From the NCBI GenBank assembly GCA_951406725.2, contig OX597817.1:141608001-141672000 (forward strand): a DNA stretch of 64,000 nt. Direction: 5' to 3'. The position numbers and the translations under genes are program-made. Shown here piece by piece: positions 24,810 to 39,981 of the stretch; the stretch's first letter is position 1, and each line of letters begins with the position of its first letter. Below the pieces are notes generated by a model. The model saw nothing but the letters and a program-made list of their open reading frames with translations. It searched no databases and had not been told where the DNA came from. The stretch is from Octopus vulgaris (Eukaryota).

Positions 24810-27763
24810 AATAGACTGCATCCCATCTAACAGCTGTTTCTGCTTCCAATGTTGTATGGTATTGCCACTGATATGCTAAAAATATTTATCATATTTGGTA
24901 ATAAAACTGATCAGAGACACACACACACGTCATTCTGACCTCTTAAGCCAGTCCCTAAAACCACTGAACCATGACAGACTAGGCCAGAAACAAAAAAATC
25001 ATTGTCATTCCACATTGCTCTTCTTTTCTCCCACCCCAACCAACCTCCCACACTGTCCCTTAAAATAGCAAACAATCCTTAGCTACACACAAAAGAAAAA
25101 ATGCTAAGAAAACAGGTTGGTTCCTCTCAAATTCTTTGTAAACTCTTAAATATATATCCTTCTGTGTATATATATATATATATACTACCCAACAAACATG
25201 ATTTTTATTGAACTCCTAATACTTTTTGGTGCATATTTTCTTAAATACTTTCTTGTAAACCGTTTTTAACATTTTCTTCTTATTATTAAACACTGTATAA
25301 CCGTATTTCAATACTTTTGTGACAACCAGTACTTGACACAACAAAGCTTATACAAAGCTTTACATTTTACTTTTGACAATATTTTTCTAAAAAGAGTGAA
25401 ACCGGTCAATTGACTAAACATCTTTAAAATTGCATTTCAAACTTTCTTTCATAAATATTTCCACTCGTGTGGTAACTTACAACTTCAATTATGTATATAT
25501 CACGGTACTAAGTTGTTGACCAGAATATAGGATACTGTTATGCATCGCTGGTGACAATTCTCTGCGAATTGGTTTAACCATAGAATAATGCCACCCTGTT
25601 GACTTCATGATCAAGCTGACATTCCTGCGATCGGGTAAGCCAGTCCGTTACAGGGTTACCCAGTTTCAGGTGAGTGGAGCAACGTCAAATGCAGTGTTTT
25701 ATTAAAGAAAAGCAACACAGCGCCTGGTCGGGGGACCGAGGTAACGTTCTAGTAATCTTGAGTTTAGCCCTCTAAGTACTAGGCTAAGAATCTTCAAACA
25801 CACACATACACACGTGTGTATGGATGGATGGATGGAGAGATGCATGTATGTATGTATGTATGTATGTATGTATGTATGTATGTATGTATGTATGTATGTA
25901 TCTATCTATCTATCTATGTGTGTCTGTATGTATGAATGTATGTATGTATGTGTGTGTATGTATAGGTGGATGTATTGCGCAGTTCACAAATGCTGAGAAA
26001 GCATTTAAAATTCCAAGAAAGAATAGAAAATATTGTTTTAATTTATTCACACATAAACAAACGCCGCCAGTCAGTGTAACCATGATCAAATGTGTTGTCA
26101 TTTGGATTGATGAGGAAAAAAAAAGGCAGATTCTTTTGTTGGCTTCTTTACATCTGCCTTGAAATGTTATGGAAAACCGCCATTGGCAAAACTATTATAA
26201 TGTTGTATAATTGATGGCGATATTGATATTACATCATACGCTCTCATTGCATTCGATATCTCAATGTTAAGATAAGTTATAACTTGATTAGACATATTCC
26301 AATATGCAGTTAACTTTGGAAATAATCTTTTCAAAAAATTAAACAGTATTTACTCGCTTCATTTATCAAAAGGATTCAGTTGTTTTGCAGTCTTTTGAAT
26401 TTCATTTATGATTGTTTTTTTTTTGTTTTTTTTTTGTATTTTTTTCTCGAGACTGTTAAAACCCTTGTCATATTCTTCTGCATTAGACTGCTCGAGCGTG
26501 AATCGTTGCTCATTTTGCTGATGAAAATTGCCTATTCAGTAGAAATAGTCCTCATTATGTTGATAAGACTAGCAGAAATTACCATAGTAACAGTGAAATA
26601 ACCTCAAATATTTATGCAAATGTAATTAGCTTTCTAAAGAGGCCTAAAATGCAAAGCGAAATCTTTTTGGCGTGTTGAAACATTTTAGCAAGAATTAACA
26701 GTTTCTTTGATCAATAACCATTTGGATGAAATTAAACAAAACAAAAAACACAAAGAATAAAAACAAGTTTAGAAAAATTAAGAATTCTGATCAACAAAAG
26801 TTTTAGAAACTAATAGAATCTGCATAAAAATTGGGTTTAATTGATGGTTTGTTTATTTATTATAGCAACCAATTAAGAAGTAAGAAAACATTATCTATTT
26901 CTGTTTTAATGTTTATCAATGTCTACTTGAGTTGATGTTAAATTTATATGAAAGTATATACGAAGATGAGTCGTACTAAACTATGCAGATTTTGTAGACA
27001 TTAACACTACACTGGTCATTTGAAATCTAGTTACATAAACTATTAACGTTTATTCAGAGTTAAGTGTTCTATATTCTATAGTTAACGGATCATAAGTTTA
27101 TTACGTATAGACCAACAGTAAAATAGTCATGTCATACTTATCTATAATTGCTGATTCAGCTTTAATGAGGAGGATATAAGAGAGAAGACAAATATTTCTT
27201 TGTATTATGGTGATGACGTAAACTTGAGCTTTTACAAATAGCAGCCGACTGTACCAAAATCATATGCTTCCATCTGGAGGAATTGAGTGGAAGACATGTT
27301 AAATAATGTGGCTATGAATATACAAAAAGCAGCGATGGTCACATCCAGAAAGTCTTTGAACAGATTGTAATTTTTGTTTATGTTATAGTAAAGAAGAAAT
27401 ACGGGGCCCCCGGCATTTTACAAGTCCTCCAAAACTAGTGATGAAAAAGGAGGAATGAGGTCCAATTAGAAGACATGACCTGAAAGCTTGCAACAAAATG
27501 GAACCCGTGAAAAGCATGTAAGATGCAAAATTGTGGGGTTAAACAGAGGAATGAATTAAATCTACCACCCCAAGTAGACGCTGGCGGTATTTAAACTCAG
27601 AACAAAAGAACCCGGAACAAATACCACAAGCCGTCCAGTTAGACGTCCCCATACTTCAACCAGATGGTTATTTTTTTATGAATATTTCGCGGTCCATCTT
27701 CTAATTCGCCGCAATAAATATCTCATGAAACCCGTATATACAGCGGTCATTTTTGTAATAATA

Positions 27764-28147
27764 GGCGCAAGCACAGCTGTCTGGTAAGACGTATACTTCG
27801 TAACCACGTAGTTCCGGGTTCAGTCTCACTGCGTGGCAGTTAAGTGTTTTCTATTGTAGTCTCGGTTTCACCATGTATAGATACAAACAATATATATATA
27901 TATATATTACATGTTCAAATACCGCCAGCGCCTAATGACTGAAACATGTAGCAGATAAAAGCCAAAGAGACAATTTTAAAGAAAGGCGCAGGAAGGGTTG
28001 TATGGTAAGTAGCTTAGTTACCAGCCACAAAGTTCCAAGTTCAATCCCACCGCGTTTCACCTTGGGCAAGTGTCTTCTTCTATAGCCTCAGTCCGGCCAA
28101 AGCCTAATGAGTGGATTTGGTAGATGGAAACTATAACAAGCCCGTCG

Positions 28148-28192
<45 letters not shown>

Positions 28193-28280
28193 TTTGTTCG
28201 GCTAAAGAGATCGATAGAGTAAGTACTAGGCTTACAAAGAATAAGCCCTGCGGTCGATTTGTTCGACTAATGGCGGTGAT
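27764..28280 (+). mobile_element. Two degenerate SINE-A copies (27764-27870, 27985-28280)
   Basis: ggcgca heads, gttccgggttcagtc, ccttgggcaagtgtc. Confidence 0.75.
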
Positions 28281-28689
28281 CCAACAAATAAAAGAACAAA
28301 AGAATAAAAAGAACGATTAGAAAGTAATGATTTATAATAAATAAGTACAAATAATAAAGAAAAAATGAGGTGTTACGAAAGAATGAAAGATTCTTTTGTT
28401 GAAGGTGATGCCGTTGAATGAAAGAAAATGAAGTGTTCCTTAGTTACTTGAATAATTGTTTTTAATATATGTAAAAGCCCCAGGCATTTAGAGCAAATGT
28501 GAAGTTAGTTAAGACATGAGCCCGGGAAGCTCCGTGTCTCTCATACCAGCTTGCCTTCGATATTTACCTTTTCGTTCCACGTTTAGTACAAGGCCAGTAA
28601 TTTCGAAGGAGGAGGTAACTCGATTACATCAACCCCGTTGCTCAACTAGCAGTCATTTTATCGATAACGAAAAAAATAATAATAATAAA

Positions 28690-29080
28690 TGGCTGTGTGG
28701 TAAGTAGCTTACTAACCAACCACATGGTTCCGGGTTCAGTCCCACTGCGTGGCATCTTGGGCAACTGTCTTCTGCTATAGCCCCGGGCCGACCAAAGCCT
28801 TGTGAGTGGATTTGGTAGACGGAAACTGAAAGAAGCCTGTCGTATATATGTATATATATGTGTGTGTGTTTGTGTGTCTGTGTTTGTCCCCCTAGCATTG
28901 CTTGACAACCGATGCTGGTGTGTTTACGTCCCCGTCACTTAGCGGTTCGGCAAAAGATACCGATAGAATAAGTACTGGGCTTACAAAGAATAAGTCCCGG
29001 GGTCGATTTGCTCGAGTAAAGGCGGTGCTCCAGCATGGCCGCAGTCAAATGACTGAAACAAGTAAAAGAGAAAAGAGAGA
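28690..29080 (+). mobile_element. SINE-A, young near-complete copy with an empty target site
   Basis: tggctgtgtggt-aagtagcttactaac-caaccacatgg shows the uninterrupted target of the ORF1-only element. Confidence 0.92.
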
Positions 29081-29599
29081 GAGGATAAGTCGACATCGGC
29101 AGAACTTGAAATCCGAACATAAAAAACTGGATGAAACTCTGCGAATCATTTTGTCCCACGTTCTACCAATTCTGCCAGCTTGTCACCGTTAAAATTTCCA
29201 TAATTTACTATGTATGTTAGTCTGGCATACTGATGTTACCTTACAGGGCAGACAACTGTATATTTGATATGAAAACATAACAGATTCTTTCTCTAACGCT
29301 AAGCTCCGTCTATATTGTTATACTGTAACAAAGAAACATCGCCCTCCAAGTTTAATTCTAGCATTGAAAGAATTTAAATTGTTGCACAGTTTTCTCGTTT
29401 TGGTGCTTCTTCATTAGATTCTGTCTTGGTAAAAGGATTATTCGTTTTGCTAATGATTTAACCCGACTGAGAAGCTGTGGTGATTGCTTGGCAATACATC
29501 AACAGGAGAGGATAAATATGTCAAAGAAAGACAAATGTAAATGTAGGAATTATAATACGGAGAATAACGAAGCTTGAGGATGGGGAAATTGAAGGGGGA

Positions 29600-30055
29600 A
29601 GGGGGGAGAAGGAAGAAGAAGAAGAAGAAGGAGAAGAAAGAGAAGAAGAAGAAGAGGAAGAGAAAAGAAGAAAAGAAAAGAACTGGAAGAAGAGGAAAAA
29701 GAAGAAGAAGAAAAGGAATTAGTGAAGAAGGAGAAGAAGAAGAAGAATTGGTGAAGAAGGAGAAGAAGAAGAAGAATTGGTGAAGAAGGAGAGGAAGAGG
29801 AAGAATTGGAAAAAAAGAAAGTGAAGAAGAAGAAGAAGAAGAAGAAAAAGAAAAATAGGAAAAAAAGAAAGTGAAGAAGAAGAAAAAAGAAGATGAAGAA
29901 AAAGAAGAATAGGAAGAGAGGAAGAAAAAGAAGAAGAAGAAGAAGAAGAAGAAGAAGAAGAAGAAGAGAAGAAGAAGAAGAAGGAGAAGAGGAAGAATTG
30001 GAAAAAAGAAAGTGAAGAAGAAGAAGAAGAAGAAGAAGAAGAAAAAAAAGAAGAC
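29600..30055. repeat. Degenerate (GAA)n purine tract
   Basis: Direct inspection. Confidence 0.9.
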
Positions 30056-30377
30056 GATGACGTCGGCGGTGACACTGTCGACGAAAACGACGTCGGCGGT
30101 GATGACCGACTATGAAAATGTGTAGCATTACATGTTATCGCTGATCGATATGAAGTGAGTTAGAAAGATTCAAATGAATTCATGCGTGATTACAAAAGTG
30201 GGTGAGTGGGGGCGGAGTTGTGCGGGGTAAGGTTTTGAGGCTGTAGTGGTTGGAGGCGAGAATATTAACAGCTTGACCTCGGAGAAATTGGATAGAAATG
30301 AAACTTGAAAAATATTTCTTTGATGAGCGACACTGACAGGTCTTCTTGCCAAGCTAATTGAAGAATTGTTGTATATA

Positions 30378-30454
<77 letters not shown>

Positions 30455-30569
30455 CATACATACACACACACATACACACACACGCACACACACACACACG
30501 CACACACACACGCACACACACATACACACACACACACACACACGCACACACACACATATATATATATAT

Positions 30570-30752
30570 AAGGCGGTCTGGAAGAATAGTTAGCACACGG
30601 GGCGAAATGCTTAGCGGTATTTCGATTGTCTTTAAGTTCTGAGTTCAAATTCCGCCGAGGTCGACTTTGACTTTCATCTTATTGGATGGATAAATTAAGT
30701 ACCAGTAGCGTACTGGAGTCAATTAAATCGACTGTCCTCTTCCTTGAGTAGA
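30570..30752 (+). mobile_element. SINE-B
   Basis: gaaatgcttagcggtatttcg...gttcaaattccgccgaggtcgac. Confidence 0.8.
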
Positions 30753-30786
30753 AAAAGATACATATATTTGTGTGTGCGTGTCTGTG

Positions 30787-30854
<68 letters not shown>

Positions 30855-31490
30855 CATACATGGTGATGTATATATGTGTATATATATATACATATACATA
30901 TATGCATACATGCTTACATTCATGCATTCACGACTATATACGTAACTAAATGCACTAACAAACATCCACAATAAAAAATGCACCAGATAATCGCACCACT
31001 ACATACATAGAAATACATGCAAGCACAAGTATGCATACACATATACACATACACACATATATAAATACACACGCACTCATGTCTACCTACAAGCAGCCAT
31101 ACATGTTACTAATGTAGGAGTGAATGTACGTGAAGGAAAACGCTTCAGTGTTCCAAAACCAGTTTATGTCGTGTTTGATCTTGTAACTGGTCAAAATTGG
31201 ATTTTTCCTTATCTGCCTTGAAGAACCATGGTCTAGCAAAACGATTGGTCAGCTCAACATTGTTATGGTTGGTAATTGATCCTTCCGCAGACGAAGCTTA
31301 TTTCGGTCGTCTCTGCTCACCCAGGCGCAGCATACAGGGTAAGGGGTGGAAGCCTTCAGTCTTGAAATATGAACACACGACATGGGAAAGGCGCTTCAAA
31401 ACCTGTGCCTAGGTCCTTTAGATTCGGAGAGGGGCAAAAATCTGATATTTACTTCATTTATGTTATATGAATTAGTATTACTCTTAAAAC

Positions 31491-31528
<38 letters not shown>

Positions 31529-31532
<4 letters not shown>

Positions 31533-31725
31533 GAGAGTTCACAAAAAAACACAAAAAAAACGAAGAGAGGTGGTGTAGAAAACAGACAGATGTATTAGTA
31601 TAACGCTCAGGAATTGAAAAAGTCTTTTACGTTTCGAGTCTACGCTCTTCTACAGAAAGGGACACAGAAAAAAACAAGGAGAGAAACAAGAAGAGAAAAC
31701 AATGTGTGTAGTGGCTACCGATATA
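31529..31725 (-). mobile_element. Family H1 repeat; hammerhead-like motif at 31624-31659
   Basis: Reverse complement cttt-CTGTAGA-a-gagcgtagactc-GAAA-cg-TA-aaag; abuts (TA)n. Confidence 0.7.
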
Positions 31726-32011
31726 TACATAGGGTAATATTGTTTATAATTAATATCAGTGGCTTAGCATGCGTTAAAAACTCATAATGGTAAAGGATTA
31801 TCATTAATAAAAAAGGGTGCTAACAAGTAGTACCGGCATGCTAAATATAGCAGTCAAAAGTACAAGATCACAAATTTTCAATTCAACACAAATGTGAAAG
31901 CGGCTAAATGAACAGAAATCCTAAAACCCCGTACTAGTGACGACGAATAATCTCGTACCAATGACGAAAATATTCAAAAGTTGAAAAAGAAACAGACTTA
32001 CCCGTATCACC

Positions 32012-32068
<57 letters not shown>

Positions 32069-32223
32069 CGGATATAATATAAATATATGTGTGTGTGTAC
32101 ATATATCTCATATCATTCTATTGGTCTATTTATCCATCTATTTGTCTCTGTATGTATGTATGTATGTATGTATGTATGTATCTATCTATCTATCTATCTA
32201 TCTACCTATCTATCTATCTATCT

Positions 32224-32255
<32 letters not shown>

Positions 32256-32256
32256 G

Positions 32257-32293
<37 letters not shown>

Positions 32294-32627
32294 GGCACGT
32301 TGGATGTACTTGTGTAAAATGTTTCACTGATGTCGCTGCTGTAAAGATAGAAGATAAACGTTGGCATGTGTTTTTTGCATGGAAATATATTTTGTATGCA
32401 TAAGTGAGTCTGTGTGACTTACTGGTAATTTGGTTACCCTAATTCTCTCCATTCTTTTCTCCCCCCCTCTCTTTCTGAGACAATCACACACGCACACAAA
32501 CTCATATGCACACACATAAAGATAAAAGCGCATTTAAGCGCAACAGACGCACATGTACGCTCGCAAAAAGCACACGAGTTGTCTTATGTTCTTAAATAAA
32601 TTGAATAAATTTCGATTGAAATGTAGA

Positions 32628-32915
32628 TCTTCTTCTTCTTCTTTTTCTTCTTCTTCTTCTTCTTCTTCTTCTTCTTCTTCTTCTCCTCCTCCTCCTCCTT
32701 CTTCTTCTTCTTCTCCTCCTCCTCCTTCTTCTTCTTCTTCTTTTTTCTTCTACTTCTTCTACTTTTTTCTTCTACTTCTTCTTCTTTTTTCTTCTACTTC
32801 TTCTTCTATTTCTTCTACTTCTTCTTTTTCTTCTTCTTCTTCTTCTTCTTCTTCTTCTACTTCTTCGTCTCGTTCTTCTTCTTCTTCTTCTTCTTCTTCT
32901 TCTTCTTCTTCTTCT
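32628..32915. repeat. (TCT)n/(CCT)n tract
   Basis: Direct inspection. Confidence 0.92.
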
Positions 32916-32922
32916 TTCTATC

Positions 32923-32960
<38 letters not shown>

Positions 32961-33343
32961 AATGAGATAGGGGTTGAAAATTCAACCCACCATGGGATAA
33001 TATATATCCAATATACTGCTAGATAGGTACCCAACAAAAATTAATACATAGATGTTAGAAATTGTCAAGCAATCAGTTCATCTATTGTATTAAATGGGTA
33101 AGGGTAATAATATTACCGTAAATTAATACTACAAAATTAGAGAATGGAGAAACATACTTAAATCAATAGAACATCAACTATCCGATGATACTCAATCCAT
33201 ACTTTAATACACCATTACATAGGAGTAAAGGCAATATATAAAATGAAATGAGATATACAGTAATAGTAAAAGTAAAAGTAAAAGTAAAAAGATAAAGAGA
33301 TATAAGTAAAAAATTACAAATACAATATGCAAATAAATCAAAA

Positions 33344-33451
33344 CTGACAGCTGTTTCGGCAGTGGGGACAGTCATACCTCATTTAACCTATAAGCCATAA
33401 AGGCAGGTATAAATGAGGCATTAACAAAGATGCCCCACGGCCTCTTCAGAG
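33344..33451 (-). ncRNA. Type-I hammerhead ribozyme motif (left arm)
   Basis: Reverse complement of 35505-35612. Confidence 0.65.
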
Positions 33452-33794
33452 AATTAAATTAAATTTGTTATAATAGTGAAAAATATTATATAATCATATA
33501 CATATAAATATAAAAATATAAAAAAGTAAAATATAAAAACTTATACATCATAATGCTACACTTGTATAATATAATACATATTTGTACAAAAAGGAAGGTA
33601 ACCAGAACAAAATAAAACAAAATATATAACAGTGTATATATAATATTAATAAGTACCGATATCATACATATTTAGCTAATAGTTTTTTTTAATAAAAAAA
33701 GGGGCTAACACATATGGAGATGAAAAATAATAATAATTAAATCCGTGGTACAGTTCACAAAATTCTAAAGCTATAAAAGTTAATAAAAATTACT

Positions 33795-33828
<34 letters not shown>

Positions 33829-35127
33829 GTAATAATAATAAAAAATAATAAAAATAGATACAGTTAAGTTATCACCAAGTCCATCCTTCCAAGATCGAAA
33901 TAACTATGAGTTAAGAAATGCTGACCACTAGGTAAAGAAAATTTAGATTAATTCGATTGGCTATTGGTTGCCTCATATATTTAGTTTATATCTATAGTCC
34001 TCTGGATCTGTACTTTAAACTATCCTTCCATACATATTTACTTTCAACAATATAAAATATATATATTCACTTTATTTATTTTTATTTATTTCCCATTTTA
34101 TTGTAATATTATCAATATTTGCATCTAGTCTTCTATTTATTTATTTATTTGCCTATTTAAGTGTGGATGTTTACATACATATCAAGTCATTTAATTTGTT
34201 ACCTATTTATTCTTTACTTATTTACTTATACTGGTGTAGTTTTATACATACATATCTATCATTTATTTTTATTTATTTTAATAATATATGAATACATATA
34301 TACTAGTTTGTACTTATAATTATGTGTATAACCGTATTTATTCCTTCGTATTTATTCCTTTTTATTTATTTTATCTCTTTTCATATTAAGTCTTTATAGT
34401 ATAAAATTTATTTAAAATTTCTGTGATGTTCTCATAAGCGTTTACATTAATACTTCCCCCTCTATTTTTTATTGTCTAAACTGGTATATTTTGGCACTAT
34501 ATTTGTTAAGTTAATAAGTGACTTATTTATAATATCTAAATTAATATATTTTATATTTTATATTTTATAATTTAGCGTACTTTAAATCATAACAAACTTA
34601 CGATAAACATAACAACCGTATGTTTACTCTGCAACAAACCGGTGTTACAAATTTTAAGTTACCCATGAAATAATTATCTGAATTAGTAACATACTGATAT
34701 TTAAAAATACATTTATATCTTAATTAAATATTTTATAGAATGCATGGATGGTTCTTTTTTTGTTATTGAGGCTCAGTTATAATTTTGAAGGACTTAGTGT
34801 TAGCATGGTTGCTTCCCTATTTGTTTATCTAAGTGTTAGTTGTTGCTTATGATTATGTATATGTACAAGTGTATGTATATACATATAACTATGTGTGTAT
34901 GTGCGATTGATCTGTAGATGCGTGTGTGAATATTGGCGTTCCCTGACTAACCAACCGTATAATTTTCTTTTGTGATTTAAATTTCAAACCAATAGCCAAT
35001 CGAATTAATCTAAATTTTCTTTACCTAGTGGTCAGCATTTCTTAACTCATAGTTATTTCGATCTTGGAAGGATGGACTTGGTGATAACTTAACTGTATCT
35101 ATTTTTATTATTTTTTATTATTATTAC

Positions 35128-35161
<34 letters not shown>

Positions 35162-35504
35162 AGTAATTTTTATTAACTTTTATAGCTTTAGAATTTTGTG
35201 AACTGTACCACGGATTTAATTATTATTATTTTTCATCTCCATATGTGTTAGCCCCTTTTTTTATTAAAAAAAACTATTAGCTAAATATGTATGATATCGG
35301 TACTTATTAATATTATATATACACTGTTATATATTTTGTTTTATTTTGTTCTGGTTACCTTCCTTTTTGTACAAATATGTATTATATTATACAAGTGTAG
35401 CATTATGATGTATAAGTTTTTATATTTTACTTTTTTATATTTTTATATTTATATGTATATGATTATATAATATTTTTCACTATTATAACAAATTTAATTT
35501 AATT

Positions 35505-35612
35505 CTCTGAAGAGGCCGTGGGGCATCTTTGTTAATGCCTCATTTATACCTGCCTTTATGGCTTATAGGTTAAATGAGGTATGACTGTCCCCACTGCCGA
35601 AACAGCTGTCAG
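35505..35612 (+). ncRNA. Type-I hammerhead ribozyme motif with long stem II
   Basis: ct-CTGAAGA-ggc-c-gtgggg...ccccac-t-gcc-GAAA-cagctg-TC-ag; palindromic stem III ACAGCTGT; GUC site; stem I very short. Confidence 0.65.
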
Positions 35613-35827
35613 TTTTGATTTATTTGCATATTGTATTTGTAATTTTTTACTTATATCTCTTTATCTTTTTACTTTTACTTTTACTTTTACTATTACTGTA
35701 TATCTCATTTCATTTTATATATTGCCTTTACTCCTATGTAATGGTGTATTAAAGTATGGATTGAGTATCATCGGATAGTTGATGTTCTATTGATTTAAGT
35801 ATGTTTCTCCATTCTCTAATTTTGTAG

Positions 35828-35861
<34 letters not shown>

Positions 35862-35934
35862 TAGATAGAAACATACATGCATACATACACACGTACGTAC
35901 TACCTACTTCCGTACAACATACATACATACATAC

Positions 35935-35965
<31 letters not shown>

Positions 35966-36788
35966 CATACATACATACATACACACATACATACATACAT
36001 ACATGATGACTGCAAAACTCGCGTTCGGGTATTGCCGTTACATTATCGAAACCCCAACACATGCAAAGGCTACGACCAGTCATTTTTGTGATAGGCCCTA
36101 CTCCTTCTTTTCAAGCGATGCCTCTGCATGATCATGTTTAGAATGGGGAAATAATTTGCATAAATCCAGTCCCACTCACTGAATATGTACAACATAAAAT
36201 CAGAAAGAAGAATTAGTCTACATGTCGCAGGTTTTCTCTCCTAGAGGGATATGGTGAAAAGAACACAGAGGCCTCCAACTCCTTGTGGGACAACCGCACT
36301 CCTGGACACTGATCCAGGTATTTCCACGTCGCGGTGCATACCACATGCATACATTCACATACACACATATTGGTAGATGGCCGTTGACTGCTCATGAACT
36401 CTTCTGCCCTTTCAAAGGTCTAAGTTTTCAACCTCGTCACCAAGCAGGTTTGATGTGGTTGCCAGGTTAGTCACCGATGACCCGACCGTGCAACAGGTTG
36501 TACTGGACTACATGTTACTAGTAGCACCCAAGAGCGACCTGACAGTACCTACCTACCTACCTACCTACCTACCTACCTACCTACCTACCTACCTACCTAC
36601 CTACATACATACATACATATGTACCGCAGTCTGTACATATGTACATGCAGTCTGTGAGTGGAACAGTAGAAATATGTAAGACTTTTCTCAAGTTCCAAAT
36701 GTGAAGCCTTGTATCTTTGTTGGAAACCGGCTCCCTCCCCAGTGGAAGACATATTATAATTAAAATTTAGAAGAGACATACACGCACG

Positions 36789-36841
<53 letters not shown>

Positions 36842-37676
36842 GCACTCACACACATACACAAAAACACATTCATGTATGATGCTATGCAGTACCTCCCCAC
36901 CAAATACCACCCATATATCAATATAATAATCAAAGCTATAGTAAATATACCTGCCCAATGTGACTCGATGTGTAATCGAAGCTCTTAGACGCATAGTCAT
37001 ACTTCTGCACTATTACCTCCGAATCTCCTGAACATAATGCTGTCGCCCATTGACACAGTGAACGAATACTGATCCGGCATTGTTCTGGTGGGACTCTATT
37101 TTCATGTTATTTACTTATGATACGTATATTATATTCTCAATGAACGCATTGTTCTGTGGAATTTTTCATCATATTTATTTAGAAATTACTCTTTAATGGT
37201 GAGTTTATGTAAATGAATATACTGTGATGCAGTCGCGGATAATTTCAGTTTCCTGAATAGGCCCATGAATTCATCATACGTCTAGTGTCTTATCGTCTGT
37301 AAGTTATTTATTCAGGTAAGAATTCGAAAAATATTCCAGACATATGGCTGCATTCATGCATACATGCATTTATGGGTACTCAAACACACACGCATGCATA
37401 TATATATATGTATATACATACATACATATATGTGTGTGTATACATATCGATATATACATACACCTATATGTATATATGCAACACGTGCGCGTACATACAC
37501 GCACATATATATATACATATACATATCTTTATGCATATGTACCTATCTAGCTTCTTACTTTGTGTATATACTTTCTTAAACATACACACATACACACACG
37601 TGTGCACGTATATTCATATATACATACATACATATACATATATACATAAATATATATATATATATATGTATGTATG

Positions 37677-37709
<33 letters not shown>

Positions 37710-37710
37710 G

Positions 37711-37801
<91 letters not shown>

Positions 37802-38644
37802 GCATATATAAGCCACTTGGCTGCTGCTTATTTGGTCGTGCAAACGTTAACCTAACGAGGTGTGTTAAAAGTTAAGATCAAAGGTGAATGTTTAAGAGAA
37901 CCTGAAGCGTCTTGTTATTCATTCGCCACTCAATAGAATCGACGTATTCAGAGAGTGTGTAAAAGCATGTTATCCCACAGTTCGGTGCCTCCAATATGCA
38001 CATACGCACATTCTTATTTATTACACCAGTTCGGCCAACTTCAAAGTAATATCTCCAAGTTGTAAACACGGAAAAATTGTATATAACAATAAAATTCCGT
38101 TGGAATAGGTGAAGGAAATCTGTGATTATACAGGAACATTAAACAAGAGAATCTTTTGGATACGTGACTTACATAATAATAACAAAACTATATTTCGGTA
38201 GTTATGAAGACTGTAGGAATTTGAAAAAAGAAATATATATAAAAATATTAACATGGAAAATAAATAAAGCTATTCGGAAATGATTCCAGTCTTTGTCTGG
38301 TTTTAATGAGATGGAATAATAAAGAATAATAAAACAAAGAATTCCAGTTGATTCCAGTGACATTAAAGAAAGCAATACTTTGTAAGTGACGAACTTCTTC
38401 CAAAAATGTGACTGACATTTTTATTTCACGAATCTACATAGTATATTATCACGATATCAAATCTGATATCGAAATTGAGAAAAAGAATATTGTGTGGTTA
38501 AGATTTTGTTACTCAATTTTGTAGATATGTGTTCCGGTCTAGACACCTACACAGTGTGAAATTCATATTCTGTATTGCAATTTCATGAATATTAAAGAGT
38601 TTCTGTCATAATGGATTGGCACCTGAATATCTTTGTTACTTATT

Positions 38645-38718
<74 letters not shown>

Positions 38719-38808
38719 TGTGTGTGTATACACAGACGTGTATATATTATATACATATACATATACACATACGTAAGTAGGTAAATATATATATGCATAT
38801 ATATTTGT

Positions 38809-38894
<86 letters not shown>

Positions 38895-38897
<3 letters not shown>

Positions 38898-39150
38898 ACT
38901 GTAGCGTGTAACCCCAGGAGGACACCTCCTCCAACTGGCTATTGACACACTTTCTGTGCCCTATCAGTATTTGCAAAGGGAAGCCATCATTCCCATCTCC
39001 AACATGTATGATACTCGAATTTCTGGGTATTGACCCCTCATCAGCGTGTGACAATCACCGATTTTCAATGAAAAGTAGGTATCCCTTTGCTACAGTAGCA
39101 TCCACCCTTAAGGGTTAGCCACATTTAAGTGGCAAATATACTTAACGATA
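38895..39150 (-). mobile_element. (TA)n-flanked short repeat with hammerhead-like motif (39010-39048)
   Basis: Reverse complement CTGATGA-g-ggg-tcaata-ccc-a-GAAA-ttcgag-TA; stem I poor. Confidence 0.5.
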
Positions 39151-39569
39151 TATATATATGTTTATACATATATACATATATATATATAAATGTATGTATG
39201 TATGCATGTATGTATGTATGTATGTATGTATGTATGTATGTATGTATGTATGTATGTATGTATGTATGTATGTATTGTTTTATAGGTGAATCATTACGTC
39301 AATGTTAATAACACATGCACGGGTTCAATTCCATGTCTTCCTTATTCGTCAGTGAATTAATTAACTATTCAACTAAATAATCGATCGCTAACGTGTTTCT
39401 TAGACAGCCAATGATATTTTTTGTTTTGTTTTTTTTAGGTATTTTATGTTTCTTTGTGTGTGTGTGGTGGAGTGGTCGTCAAAATTCTTTTGAGTTCAAA
39501 AGCTTTTCAGTGGCTTATCTCCTACATCGGTCTGAAGGCCCTTTTCGCCTGTTAATACAAACAAAAACA

Positions 39570-39611
<42 letters not shown>

Positions 39612-39617
39612 ACATAG

Positions 39618-39978
39618 TGGATGCGCAATAGCCCAGTAGATAGGGCGGCAGACTCGCTGTCGTAGGTTCGCGGTTTCGATTCCCCGGCCGGTGTGTGTGT
39701 TTATTGAGCGAAATCACCTAATGTTCCATGAGGCTCCGGCGGGGGCGGGTGCGAACCGTGCTGCACACAACTTTCTCTCATTCTTCTTGTTTCTGTTGTA
39801 CCTGTATTTCAAAGGGCCAGCCTTGTCACACTCTGTATCACGCTGAATCTCTCTGAGAACTACATGAAGGTACACGTGTCTGTGGAGTGCTCAGCCACTT
39901 GCACGTTAATTTCACGAGCAGGCTGTTCCGTTGATTAGATCAACTGGAACCCTCGTCGTCGCAATCGACGGAGTGCCA
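39618..39978 (+). mobile_element. SINE-C (tRNA-derived), diverged
   Basis: tRNA-like head with gtttcgattcc; shares gagcgaaa..cctaa..tccatg..gctccggc and cacaactttctctca with 40636-40922. Confidence 0.65.
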
Positions 39979-39981
39979 TGA

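Larger units (their letters stand above)
32960..35830. mobile_element. Non-coding PLE-derived fold-back element: 844-bp inverted arms (33126-33969 / 34987-35830), 1,017-bp spacer, ~165-bp tail
   Basis: Arm coordinates sum to a constant (no net indel); identical 65-aa ORFs on opposite strands; (TA)n on both flanks; one hammerhead per arm; homologous to 47680-48286. Confidence 0.85.

Noticed and set aside
33178-33375. Identical 65-aa hydrophobic ORF on both strands (also 35581-35778)
   Set aside because: By-product of the inverted repeat; AT-rich low-complexity sequence overlapping the hammerhead
35550-35562. 13-mer ctgcctttatggc shared by the fold-back hammerhead loop and the 3' hairpin of the ORF1-only element
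   Set aside because: Too short and no flanking similarity; treated as coincidence
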